A stretch of 63,801 bases of DNA, filler included, from Perkinsus chesapeaki ATCC PRA-425 (GCA_013115145.1; 8 parts of 8 records of this genome joined end to end with filler, not necessarily neighbours in it), one strand, 5' to 3'; positions 1 through 12,221 are shown, counted from the first letter of the whole stretch. Made by a program: numbers and translations. The notes: a model not told the origin generated them from the letters alone.

Positions 1-70
<70 letters not shown>

Positions 71-192
71 TTGGTTTTTAACGTCTGTAGAGAAAAGGAC
101 GGTATGATAATACTAACACTCATCAGTCGTATCAAGATAGTACAGCTACCGCCTCGACGGCGGTCGACAAACTGACGAAGGTGGTGACACGC

Positions 193-3027
193 CTATTCCG
201 CGAGGCCGCGGGCTGTCACCACTCTGAAGGCCTCCATCAGACCCGGAGACACTTCACAGCTCATTAAGCCACCGAAGCTTTCCGGGAAGATGCTCCCAGA
301 AGCGGAATCAGGATCGACACCGAGGGACTTGAGGACAGCCAGACGACCATTTTCAGGACAAGTTAGGACCGAACAGGCCAACGATTTCATGGCAGAGTCA
401 GCAGACACCAGAAGGAGGCTTGCGACCAGCCATGGATCGAAATTGGCTTGGTCAAATTGATGGCCTCCTCGTCGGCCAGAACACTCCTGTTCGAGTATGG
501 CATCGAGGCACATCTTGAATGTTGGAGGATCACCTCTCGCTGTTAAGAGGGCTAGTTGCCAGTCGCCAGCTCCCCTAAGTAAGCAATCATAGGCAGCAGC
601 TCGGATGTCGCCTGCCCAATAGAAAAGGGCCGCGGCCGTCCTGTGCATTGCTGCGCTTCTGTGAGCAAGGGCCACTCGAGTGATCCAGGGATTGCCTTTG
701 AACTTCCCACCGAGCATCTCCTTTTGCTTGTCGCTATACCAAACTTCCTTCCCCTGCCACACCAGGGTCGCCTTGGGGCTGTAACCGGCCAACGCGTCCC
801 ACAGCAGCAGCGGTTCCCTCAGCCGCTCGACCGTGTGATCGCCGGTGAAGCTAATCCCTTGATTATATTTCTGAATCCTCTTGTAGCACAGCAAGGACAA
901 ACTGGCGAACATCGCCTTGGCAACTTCCGGCTCGGCCCCGAGCATCCAGACACCGACCCCTGAGGGCTTCCAGATTTCCTCCCAGGCATCCCGATACACG
1001 TCGACCGACAGCGAATCTTGTGACCCGGAGTTCTTAACCATCTCCAGCATACTCATGCCGATCGAAGTCGAGCTGGTCGTCTCCCTCGGCGAGAGGCAGC
1101 CGACCAGGCCCCAGAAGCAATCGGCCGTGCTGAGCCTCGCGTCAAGCTTCACCGGCTCACCGACAAGGAGCTTAAACTCGCCCTCTGTCGCACAAGCATC
1201 CTTCAACACCTTCAAAGTCGCCGCCCCCGGGTCGACTGAGTCGCCCTCGCCTGCCTCCTCGGAGTGATCGGCAGATGATGACGAAGAGGAGGAGCTTCGT
1301 CGAACGTTGTGGAATATGATGCCCGGATGGTTATTAGCGTAATCACCGCGCAGACTTCTACGCAGTTCGATTGCCAACTCAAACCTCCAGTGAGCCAGAT
1401 CTTTCTGGCCAGTGCTCAGACACTTACCAAACGACTCTCCTCTATTCCTAACCGCCGCCTCCAACTCCCTCAACGCCATCAAGCTCAGTCTTGTCGGTGA
1501 GGAATTCACCAGTACTTGCTTCAAAGATTCAGCGAATCCCTCGGTGCTGAGGAACATGCCCGGGACGCTACCAGCTGCCGCAGTCCTAGATGACGGAACC
1601 CGGACTATTTTCGGCCGAGGCCGCTCCTCCTCAGACTCGTCGGTCGTCTCTTCCTCTTCCTCCCAGCAGGAATCACTGTCGCCACTCTCCGGGCGAGTCT
1701 GCTCTCGATGAGCTAGCAATGCCCGCAGTTGCTCGGAAGTGTCGCTAGAGGTGTCAGAATCATCCGCCCCGAACTTGACCGACATCTGCCGCGCAAAAGG
1801 ATCTCCTTTCCGATCGCCAAACAGATCCTCAGCTCGACCGCCACCCCCGATAGGAGGGGCCGGCGGCCGCTCCGTTGGCATGAGCTCTCTCGATTGCGAC
1901 ATTCGACCGAGGAAACTGGTCAGAGGCGGCAGAATCAATGCGCCATTCCCAGGCTTCACAGACCGGGCCCCGGGGGAAGCTGCTCGCTTGACAGGCGTAT
2001 CTTTCGCACTCGGAAGATTTTCCTCTTCAGACCCGCTGTGCTGCGTTGATACCGTCGACGGGCTCTGTTGCATCTTTCGAGAGATATCTTTTGCAGGAAA
2101 ATCTTCACAGTGCGTATCCTCGACCGGAGCTGTCAGAACATAGGGTTGGTCATCGAATAGATCCGCTGCTCTGTCGCCTCTTCCCTTCGACTGCGGGGAA
2201 GGCTCGTCGCTTACGGAAACATTTGAGCTTCTATCAGCAAACAAATCTTCAGCTCGATCCGTGCTTCTATCAGCAAACAAATCTTCAGCTCGATCCGTGC
2301 TTCTGTCGGCAAACAAATCCTCCGCTCGGTCCGTGCTTCTGTCGGCAAACAAATCCTCCGCTCGGTCCGTGCTTCTATCAGCAAACAAATCTTCTGCCCT
2401 CTCCTGTCTACCCACAGTCCTGGTCGAGCTCGCCACAGTGCTTTCGTTCGCCATTTCCTCGCCATTTCCCTTCTCCGGCTTCACCATCACCGACCCTCTC
2501 CGTCTCATCCTTCCTCCCAGCTCCTCCTCACTCGCAAACAGCAGCCCCAAAGGCAAGTGATTCGGGCTCCGGACCAGATCGCCAGCTTCTCGCTCTTCCA
2601 GCAACTTCGGCAAAAACCGTACAAAAATTGCTCCCATCACCCGACTGCTCGCCACACCCCCGATCCTGAACTCGCTTCTAGCATCACCATCGCCCACCAT
2701 TTTCGCCAACTCCTGCGCCGCTGACGACGCATAAGTCTCCCGGAGCTTCCTCAGCGTCTTGCCTTTAGCCTTGCCAGCCTCCTTCACATTGAGAGCGTGC
2801 AAATCATCTTTCCTATCCAAAAACCTTAAAGCTTCCGCCTCCATCACAGCCGCGTCTTCGTGCAAGAGGCTCTCCAACGCGCCGAATTGAGCCACATTAG
2901 GAGAGCTCAATCGACGCTCGCTCCTCGGAGTGTCCATCGAACTCGTCCGCGGGGTTGTTACGTCATCCATGACAGGACGGCGGTTAGCCAACTTTTTACG
3001 GCGCAACTTCGAGGGGGATATGCCCAT
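193..3027 (-). CDS. 944-aa low-complexity protein with a C-terminal Rav1p_C-like (RAVE/rabconnectin-3/DMXL) domain
   Basis: Long single ORF. The C-terminal segment (W-KPSGVGVW ... KFKGNPWITRVALAHRSAAMHRTAAALFYWAGDIRAAAYDCLLRGAGDWQLALLTAR) resembles the Rav1 C-terminal pattern F-x-x-x-x-W-x-x-A...R...AAA-F-x-LA-x-x-x-x-DA-x-x-VC...D-x-QLA-x-x-x-AR. Recognised by eye; no HMM was run. Confidence 0.6.
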   Translation of the reverse strand: MGISPSKLRRKKLANRRPVMDDVTTPRTSSMDTPRSERRLSSPNVAQFGALESLLHEDAAVMEAEALRFLDRKDDLHALNVKEAGKAKGKTLRKLRETYASSAAQELAKMVGDGDARSEFRIGGVASSRVMGAIFVRFLPKLLEEREAGDLVRSPNHLPLGLLFASEEELGGRMRRRGSVMVKPEKGNGEEMANESTVASSTRTVGRQERAEDLFADRSTDRAEDLFADRSTDRAEDLFADRSTDRAEDLFADRSTDRAEDLFADRSSNVSVSDEPSPQSKGRGDRAADLFDDQPYVLTAPVEDTHCEDFPAKDISRKMQQSPSTVSTQHSGSEEENLPSAKDTPVKRAASPGARSVKPGNGALILPPLTSFLGRMSQSRELMPTERPPAPPIGGGGRAEDLFGDRKGDPFARQMSVKFGADDSDTSSDTSEQLRALLAHREQTRPESGDSDSCWEEEEETTDESEEERPRPKIVRVPSSRTAAAGSVPGMFLSTEGFAESLKQVLVNSSPTRLSLMALRELEAAVRNRGESFGKCLSTGQKDLAHWRFELAIELRRSLRGDYANNHPGIIFHNVRRSSSSSSSSADHSEEAGEGDSVDPGAATLKVLKDACATEGEFKLLVGEPVKLDARLSTADCFWGLVGCLSPRETTSSTSIGMSMLEMVKNSGSQDSLSVDVYRDAWEEIWKPSGVGVWMLGAEPEVAKAMFASLSLLCYKRIQKYNQGISFTGDHTVERLREPLLLWDALAGYSPKATLVWQGKEVWYSDKQKEMLGGKFKGNPWITRVALAHRSAAMHRTAAALFYWAGDIRAAAYDCLLRGAGDWQLALLTARGDPPTFKMCLDAILEQECSGRRGGHQFDQANFDPWLVASLLLVSADSAMKSLACSVLTCPENGRLAVLKSLGVDPDSASGSIFPESFGGLMSCEVSPGLMEAFRVVTARGLAE
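2230..2395 (-). repeat. 36-bp coding tandem repeat, about 4.6 units (RAEDLFADRSTD)
   Basis: Two nucleotide variants (ctatcagcaaacaaatcttcagctcgatccgtgctt / ctgtcggcaaacaaatcctccgctcggtccgtgctt) differ only at synonymous positions in the minus-strand ORF frame. Confidence 0.9.
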
Positions 3028-4135
3028 GAGACAATGGTTTAATGGAGAATGATGTCAGAAGGTGACACACTGATCGCCTTCGACTAAGCGTAAGATAACT
3101 GAAGATGATGATAATACGTATCACAAAAGCTAACGCAAATCGATCACGTGATCGATAGAAACATCTCGTAGAAATAAACATCCTTTCTGAACAACTAGTG
3201 CGGTATCTGAAATATTAACATTTTAAATCTCATCACCGAAACCGCCTGCAAGCTCCAGTTTCCAGATCCAACGGTGGAAGGCAGCGCCGGCCTCATTTGC
3301 AGTATTATTACAATCATCACAAAAGTAAGATGCATCCGAAGATAGACGCACTGACAGATACACTGACACAGTCCACGAGTAGTACAGCAATCTTTGCGAT
3401 ACAGGAACAGCAAAATGGGAAAAAATACGTCTTAAGTCCGGAAATAAATGTAAATTGCACACACCACAACGAAACCGTTAGTAAATACATCACCCTGCTC
3501 TGCTCCTTCCCCTATCGACCCCCATTCCACCTCCTCCCTACTACTACTACCATATAAGCTTCCTTAACTTCGTCTCTGTTATCATGACACCATTGCCTCA
3601 ACGTGTCTCCTGCGACTCGAGCAGTTAAGGGAATCTCCTTGAACTTTTGCAGAGTCCATTTCATTTCGGGTTTGCCTTCACCATTGAGATGGACCTAAGA
3701 TATGCCAGGCTCACATGGGTTGATATGATATAAGAAAGAGATATGATTTTATATAAAGGAAAGTTAAAACCTCGGGTGGACCTAAGATACGCCAGACTCG
3801 TGGGAGTTGAATAAAATAAAAAATTGAATTCCCGGGCATCCTTCCACATCTGTCTTGAAGTTAAGGAGCATTCAATACCCTTCCGTTTGGTAAACATTTT
3901 CATTGTTATATCGGTAAAAGCCTTCCGCATACATTTTAGCGCCATTGGGGAGCTGAGTGGCCGCCGGCCCCCCGGTCGGAGACTCAACCGAGAATGATGA
4001 GAGCCGGAGAGCAGCAGCGGAAAATTGTCACAGTAAAACTCGCCGAGAGCCTTTACTACGTAAGATTATAAAAAATCCATACACCTCCCATATCTCAATT
4101 CCAAAACCATTACTCCCTGCCTCTCCCCATATCGA

Positions 4136-5436
4136 TCACGCGATCGATATTGATTTCCCAGTCCTTATTACCGTAGCGCCGCCATGCCAGCTAAGCGGGT
4201 CGATTTCCCCCTTGTCTCCTCTGCTATAAAACAATGCTAACGATCCCTTCTTCGGCCGAACACATAAGGCGTCAGGCGATGACGTGGCTGTCTCCAACAT
4301 ATCTGAGAGTTGATATCCAAAAATCTTCACAGTGCGAAAGATACTACCTGCGACCACTCGGATACCCTCCGGACTTTGCTCGTCCACTTTATCCAGATGA
4401 TCGATGCCATTCTTCAGCAACATTTGCGCCCCCATTATCAGCTCAGGACTAGTCGACTTGATCTGTTAAAAGATACGTACAAGGTTGATTCATGAACGGC
4501 CCAGCAGGACAGGAACTTGGCCAAGCTACCTAGTGTCAAGTGCCAAAGCGCCCTCATATATTTCATCGTTGCTCCGGCCCTTCCCAGAACCACCGCCGAT
4601 AGGCTTGCTCTTTCTAGACACTTCCTCCCACTAACTCGTCACTAACGCATTTTACAACGCTCCAAGTCCTCCATGAATGCAGCCTCCCCTTCACTTATCT
4701 CCGCCAGTGTCAACTTCCCCCGATATTACCGGGAAAACCGTTTCCCCGCCATCCGTGACATCAGTGAGATAAATAATAGCCGTGCAGAACCGAAAAGGTC
4801 GATTGCCATTAGTATCTGGAATACAGCAGTTGATTAAGCCTACTAATATCCCAATCGACATTGATGTAATAAAACATTTCCTTTACGGACGACATCCAGT
4901 TCAGCGGGCGAAGCCCTGGGCTGAGGACATATCCCGTTCAATACCTCATCGTTTGAAACAATCCGATACGACAGCAGCTTGGCCTACATATCTATCGCTA
5001 TATCTTATATAACCTAAAATGGCTGCATGCAACAAGCGATGCTACAACCTTAAAGCTAAGGTTCGTGAGCTCGCACACAGCCATGTGCCAGATAAGTCAG
5101 ACACCGGCTCCCCCCGGCCCCCCCCTTAATTGTGCCTCCGAGCAATTTCCAAGTGCTTCCAGCGAAAGGCCCAATTGTGAAAAGTTTCCCAACTAACGAG
5201 AAAATACCGTTCGCCAAAAAAGTCGGAAACTCAACGGCTCTTAATATTTTACCCCTCCCCCGCCTCTCCCCCATACTACCAACATGAAGCCCCAAATGCA
5301 GCCGCCTTTCACCATCACTGCTCCTCGATTGCTTCACCGGCGGCGTCAACATGGCCACCAGAGGCACCTCACCCTCATGAGGCGGACAGTGACAGAGATC
5401 TCCTATGCGCTCCTCAACCTGTAAAAGCGACTGCAA
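4136..5436 (-). CDS. Prolyl 4-hydroxylase alpha-like 2OG-Fe(II) oxygenase, multi-exon, boundaries approximate
   Basis: Exon 4730-4792 encodes RFCTAIIYLTDVTDGGETVFP. The 4136-4300 segment encodes VRPKKGSLALFYS...GEIDPLSWHGG. Both are hallmark P4H motifs. Confidence 0.7.
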
Positions 5437-7275
5437 TTAATTTCGTGGCGCAGTGACGCTACATCCTTAAGGAACTGAGCATCCACCTCGAGAATCTTCT
5501 CCTCCGCTTTTGCTGGGAGAGGTATCCTCAATTTACTGCTGAACATCGTACCTGCACAAGACGAGCTATCGGAAAGAACCGGTCCCCTACATGTCCACGC
5601 TCCACTGGAGCCAGTTAACCTACGACGACTTCGACCGTACTTCTTAACGCCTCAAATTTGGAAAGAACCGTTATGGGTTTACCCATCTGAATTAGGCCAA
5701 CTAGTCCCCCATTTCGACTAGAGCAACACTTGTTACCCACTTGGAGCCTCTGGTGAGTGTGCACGCACGCTCATGCCTACTTCTGGGGGAAGGACATCGA
5801 ACGCTCCCAAAGATTGACTTTAAAATTAAACCAAGATATTTTACTATGAAGATTTGAGAATTTCGGCGAAAGTTTCACTACAAGCTAAAAATATGTTATC
5901 GAACGACGCCCTTGACTCGCACCTTCTATTGCACGGTCATCAGGTAAGATGCTCGCAAAGCTAAGCAGTATCACAGTCTGAGCCGACCAAACTATTCATC
6001 ACCAGTACCAGAATCTAACCCTCTTGTTCGGCTAACTACCTTCCGCTTGCCTCAACGACAACTTAACAATCCTATCACACTCCTCCGCGGTAAGGAAATC
6101 GTCGAAAACCATCAACAGCGGCTCAGTCGATCGAACATCAGCCTTCATCATGGGAATGCCGTTTACCATTAGACGGGAAAACAGAGGAAATGACAATCCT
6201 CAACCTGAACCTCGCTTCATCTTTATTGTAACGATACGACCGGACAAATCCTGGAAACATCTCAACGACATGCTAAGAAAAATTAAACTTAATTATTTTA
6301 ATGAAAATAAAGAAATCGCATCAATAGCTCATCAGCTGCGGATGTGAGCTACACCGGCGACAAGTTCAAAAAACACTACAGCAGGTCCATGTCATGCACG
6401 GTAGGTAAAATTAGGATCAAACGGCAAACAGGAAGTGACGATCATAAACACCCGTCAGAGTTATTATTTATTATTCCAAAATGCTCAACACAATCCTATA
6501 CAAGATCCACAGTTATACCACATATACCAGTTGCTTACTCTTACTATTAACATTTCGTACAAGAGTCTATACGATACTATTAGTTACTCATTCCTACTAC
6601 CAAGTAAATAGCAAAATAGGAGAAACAAGTGCATCTCAAAAATACTCTACCAACACAATAAACAACATCTACTGCTGGGAGCTGCTATCAATTCCCAATT
6701 GAGGATCCAAGCCTCTACACATTGGAAACGACCAACCCGACCACGACTCGAAATTCCTTCTCAAATGCAAACAGAAAATATTTCCACGCGGAAAAGAACA
6801 GAACGAAAAACACATCACGCCTCAGAAAGCTCAGAAACTCTTCCATGTCTCAAACACCAAATCCCTAACAAAAAACAAGTTACCACAACAACTGTGGTAA
6901 ACCTCCTCCAGAGCAAGTATACAAACTCAACACCCAGGCAAGGGAAAATGTCCTTTTCCTGTATCATCATGCACTACTCATGCATCCTGCTACCACTACC
7001 ACTCAAAGCAGCATTTACAACTAATTAAACCGAGGAACCGCCAAAGGGACGACCAAGCCAACCACCAATAGAGCGGCGGCGACGGAGGTGTCAGCAATAT
7101 ACCAATAATGACATTTGAGCAATAGCAGCAGCTCCTCGGTTAGAATGCTTCATTTATCAAACGACGATATCAGCCCTTCTTTTCTCGACCGACGACGAAG
7201 ACGATGACCAAGTTGGTGATAATAGACAATTTCTTGTGTGATAAATCTTTATTATAAACAAGGGATTGCATCCCC

Positions 7276-8904
7276 TTAACCAAGCACCATACGAGATACA
7301 CTGCGGAACCTACAAACACACAATACATACAACAACCCTACCACCAGACCAATCACTGGACACGCGGATCGACTTTCGAAAACAAGCATGTCCTCAAAAA
7401 GAGCACGCACGGCGCTAATGAATACCCACAGCCAACATTAAGACAAAGCTGCACTAGTCACACGAGCCCTAACCGAGCTACACGCAAACAGAACCCATCC
7501 CAGTCACCTACTTTGAGAGCTGGAACTTCTTCTTTACCGCCCTCAACTGCGTACCAGAATGATCATCGTTGGTTGTAGCTTGCAATAGTGCGCACAGTTC
7601 CTTAGCAACTGCTTTAACCTCCTGCTCAGAGTTGGGGCAGTGCACGGCCACATGAGGTGGCCACGCCGTTGGCTTCCGAACCAACTTATTAGATAAATAC
7701 AAAGCGCCTGCTGCCAGCTGACTCGCCGAGTACTTCAGCATGCTATACCTGACCAACAGCGAATATCTCACCAAATAGTAGGAACAGTCTCACTCAGGCA
7801 AGGCCAACTCCAGGCAATACTGAGCCAAAAAGAAGTGTTTCTCGTCGCACTCCATCACCTTCGCATACCGCAACAAAAACATCATGGCCGACGGGGTCGT
7901 CAAACAGAACCTGCCACACACAGTAAAACCCGAAACCCGAAAACCCGCTTCGCTCACCCAAGGGTGTTGAGAATGTCGACCTCCATTTGCATCACTTCAT
8001 GACGTTGATACGTTCTATCGCATATACTTACGATGTCCTTCATTTCAGGAGCATATATATCCTCATACCTATCAAGAAAAAATACCACAAAAAATACCAA
8101 GGCAAAGTAGCCGCCCACTTTGACGCAATCAAAAGGCACGTCACACCAACCAGCTGCAACCTCGTCCGAGGCAGATTCGGGCACTGCTCGAGGTAACGAT
8201 CGATCAAGTTGACCTGCACTGCGGAATGTGACGGAAACAACACGAATTACTTACCGTCAAGTAGAGCGTCTCCGGCACAAGCTTGAACTTCCAGTGGACC
8301 TCAACCAACCAGTCAATCAACACAGCACGCATTCGTTCCGTGATGTCCGTCTGCGTTCGGGCCATGTAGTCCCAAGACTGACGGTATCTGAAGCAGGTGG
8401 TGAGCGCCGATGAGGGGGACCGAGCCTGACGTACTTCTGCTCGACTTTGTTCATGTGAACGAAGATCGTGTTGACGTACTCAGAAACGAATTGCGGGTTG
8501 GCCAGATCCTGAGGGAAGCTGCCGAGACGAAAAGGCAAATGAAACTCACTTGACGATCCTCGGGAGGAATGGTGTCCTTCCAATCAACGTACTGGTGCAG
8601 CTCGATCCTGGCCGGAGTCGTCCCCTGCATCACAGTGTCATCCAAGTCCTCGAGCTTATTCGCCGACAACCGGGCCACCGCAGCCGCCTTGCTTCTTGTC
8701 AACACCCCTGAGGTCAGAATAGTAATTAAACGATTAATAGTCGAGCTTACCTGTGTGAGACGGGCCCACATTGACCGTGTTGCTGATGTCGAGGAAAGCT
8801 CCTCTCTTGCGTGGCTCCATGACAACACTGCCGACCTTTCCGGGCATGAAGTTCTCAGAGGGTTGTTGATGTTGATGAAGTTGCGCCCGATTGCCAGATA
8901 TCAT
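7276..8904 (-). CDS. CYCB: B-type mitotic cyclin, multi-exon
   Basis: Exons assemble to MISGNRAQ...RGAFLDISN (D-box-like)...[13 protein letters not shown]...[36 protein letters not shown]...[22 protein letters not shown]...[21 protein letters not shown] introns are present, e.g. 8708-8750 (43 nt). Confidence 0.95.
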
Positions 8905-11460
8905 AATAAGTCAAGCAGCAACTGAGTTCAATTTGACAAGAGACGATGTTCAAGGCTTCCACAAACCCGAATTGGAATAGCGCACGCCCGAAGTGAGAAA
9001 CGTTCTTTTCGTGCAAAGTGCAAGTAAGAATCTTTTATAGTGCGGCGGGGGCGGCGACGATTTAGCTCCTTCCGCCTTCGCGCATTTGGCAACGAAATAG
9101 GGTGTTTTTATGGGCCAGTGAGTTGTCGAGGACAAGCCGATGTCTGCTGTGCCATGTAGTGGAAAACCATTCGATAAGGAAAGCTTCAAGCTGGCTAGAG
9201 AAGTTAACGCTTGGCGGTTTCAGATGATTGTCATTGTGTGAAGATGTATAGAAAATCTTAAATCGTATTACTACATCACGTTTCAAGTCTGTGAAACTTT
9301 CCTCCGTCCATCATGGTATCATGAAGGATACTTCTCCCGATTATAATCAACGCACCTTCGTTGATTACTCACATTACCCCACAGTAGATGCCGCTAAGGC
9401 ACATAAGCCAACATTGTGCACCCAGAAACACAACAGCCTTCTCCAGCCCTTATTGATAAAGTCGTTGAGGTCATAGAATCGGAAGTACTTTCCTCAATGC
9501 CGGTGCAAACATCGGAGTGCTACATTTCCCTTTCCTCGGCAACCGGGGTGTACAGTATATATTTTCGAGAAGTTGTACAGTAGAACCTCTCAGGCACACA
9601 GGAAGTAGCGGAACCGTGAGCAGTTCGATCAGTCGATCCCTCAAAGAGCGACAATAGGAAGAATAACAAGGCGTCCAAACCTCGGGTCCATCTTTTTGAT
9701 GAACGCTGCATTCAAGGTTGCCTGATCTCGCTATTGGATCAAGGCAAGAAAAAATACTGTTGCCATTACATAATGAAATGGGTAGCAATGAGATAGTATA
9801 GATGAGATTCTAATACCAGCTCCACTCAGAATCGGGCCAATGCCCTTCACTTATGATGAGCAAAGATACGCATAAGTTCAAGCAGCCGACATCACGTGTG
9901 TGTGCAGGGAATCATAGGGAAACATCAGGCCACCCAAAGGGAATGCATTCGATGTTTCCTCTTAGCTAGAAACATATTTCCCATCAACATTCCCATTGAA
10001 TCTCCTCCGTATTAGGAAGACATTTCTGTGGGGTTGCAGATGGCCCCATGTGCATGTGGACGCACAGCAAGGGCTGTACACAACTAAGGACAATTAGCTC
10101 CAGGCGAAAATAATCATCCACACTCATAGCTCATCATTGGGAGTATAAAGACTCAGACTGGGCCCACCAGGCATCGACCACCACGGAATCTAAGCGATGT
10201 TCCCTCGGAATCTCAAGTTAGAAGAGTAGTGGATGCTAAGAAGTATCCGTCTACCGACAGTCCAGCCATTAGCTTCACGGTGATGAACAAAACTTATTCC
10301 ACTTCTTACGACCCAAAAAATACGACTACTTGCCCTCCTCGCAGAGAACTCGTGGAACCTGAACTCGCTGTGGCCGAAAATATGATAGACGTTTGTGTTA
10401 TAAGCATAAAGTATACGACAACGATGGTACGCACCCACGGTACCGCGAAGGAAGCAAATATGTGCTGATCAACCTCACATGAAGTAAAGCACCCATCTTC
10501 TAGAGACGGTTCAACTCCCAACGAACACGGGTACTGTAAGTCGGCTCTAGAGTGGACTCGCTCTGTTTGGTCAGTATCTCAATGGCACAGCGGTGATATG
10601 TTATCACGTGTTAAATTCGGATGGAGCATTTACGATGTTAGATAATAATAACATCCATAAGCTCGTCGCATAGGATCAAGAACTTTTTGTTTCATTGTTG
10701 AGCCTACAGAAGTCGTTATCGTAAGTGTTGCCGTTTTTCGGTGGTCAATTGCCATATTGCTCTTGAAAAGATACAGACGATGTGATATGAACAGTAAGGT
10801 GTCTCTCGGGGAGGGGCCACGTGATAGTCGTTAGATCTGATCTGACGATCATCGGATTATAGTCGCTTGCATGACGACCACCTCGTCAGTCGCATCTTAA
10901 CGACTTTGCTCTTCTCTCGGTTCAGTGACGCTTAAAATCGGCAATTTGAATTCCTGTGTACCACTGAAGGGAAGCACTAGTGGAGGTGTGAGCGTCAACG
11001 AAAGAAGACCGGTGTTCAAGCAATACTGCCTTTCTGAAAGCACTAAAAGACCCTTTCAGGACAGAAATGCGATTACTTCACTTCATAGTGTCCCACTGCG
11101 AATGAACCATCCTATCTCGTAGGGAGTAAAGATGAGGCACTCGGAACGACCACACCCATAATGGAGAATTCCTAAAGACGCCTCCACCTTGCTAATTACG
11201 ATATACCAGGCGTATCAATAACTGGCGGTCTTTGATATAGTAAGGGAAGGCTAGCTATCTATTACCCAAGCTAAAGTACTCCTTTGGATTGCAGTTTGAT
11301 GGATAATAGTCTAACTGAAGATTGAAACTCTCAATTGAAGGGCTCAGCCACGGGCTCCCCCGGAGTCCGCGAGAGCCATGAGCCGTACTTGCGTGTACTT
11401 GCGTCTAAGCTTAGCTCTTGATAACCCCTCAGCGATAATTTATTTTTTCATCCCTTACCA

Positions 11461-12221
11461 ATGAGATACAACTTCATGTGGCTTGTAGCAGCTACCCGTG
11501 CTATTACTACTGCACTAGCGCAGAGGGTTGGTAGATACGTCTACGCTGAGAAAACGGGCTCTACACACTCTTCTTCGATATCAACGAGAACAGGCGTGTG
11601 AGTGTCGGATTCTCCACCCCTACAGGCCACTTCGCCGATGGTCCGTAGCCCTTCTATGAGAATGAATACCCCTTCACCATTGACTTTACTGGGGTGCCTG
11701 GGGGCGTCAACTCTTTGTTCACGAGGATAAAGTCTGTCTATAACGATTTTGTCCCCCAGACTGGTGATCTGACGACTTTGACCACCGCGAGCGATGATTC
11801 CTTTCACGTCATGTTCGGTGGTGAGAGGCTCGAGCTTGAGAGGCAGAGCTTCAGCTTACAACGAGGGAAGTTTGTGTTCCCGAGCAAGCAATACGATGAT
11901 GAGACGGGGAGCGACCGGATGTATATTGAGTATAAGGTTCAACTCTTCAACCTACTATCCGTCGAAGTACAATGTGGTGACCTCAGATCAAGCCTTGTAC
12001 CCTTCATCCTCGTTGAGAATGGCACAGCTCTGCCCTACAAGTCCTACGATCTGTTTCCACCGGCCAACGTTCAGGTCCTGCTTGACGAAGTTTCATTGGT
12101 TTGCTTCGGCGGCGAACCACTCCTACCAACTGACCTAAGTAGGATTGTCTTCGGCACCCACCGTACTGCCTTCATAAGATTGCTAGGCTTCCGCTTTGAG
12201 CTTGGCCTGCAGAAAGTCTGA
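11461..12221 (+). pseudogene. Putative secreted protein gene disrupted by a frameshift and an in-frame TAG (or by sequencing errors)
   Basis: ATG 11461 gives the signal-peptide-like MRYNFMWLVAATRAITTALAQRVGRYVYAE. A -1 shift at the A4 run near 11550 joins the frame of the 175-aa ORF, which has a TAG at 11646-11648. Confidence 0.5.

Noticed and set aside
1-69. 69-nt poly-C run
   Set aside because: A pure homopolymer at the sequence start; most likely a sequencing, vector or assembly artefact, and it cannot be interpreted.
3691-3812. Degenerate ~35-nt direct repeat (ggacctaagata-y-gccag) at 87-nt spacing
   Set aside because: Only two diverged copies with no associated structure; likely a small local duplication.
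9290-11130. Many 60-105 aa ORFs in this interval and in 20900-23000, 28600-30300, 32300-33900 and 60100-62500
   Set aside because: No recognisable domains, no consistent exon chains and no repeat boundaries; treated as intergenic or unidentifiable relic DNA.
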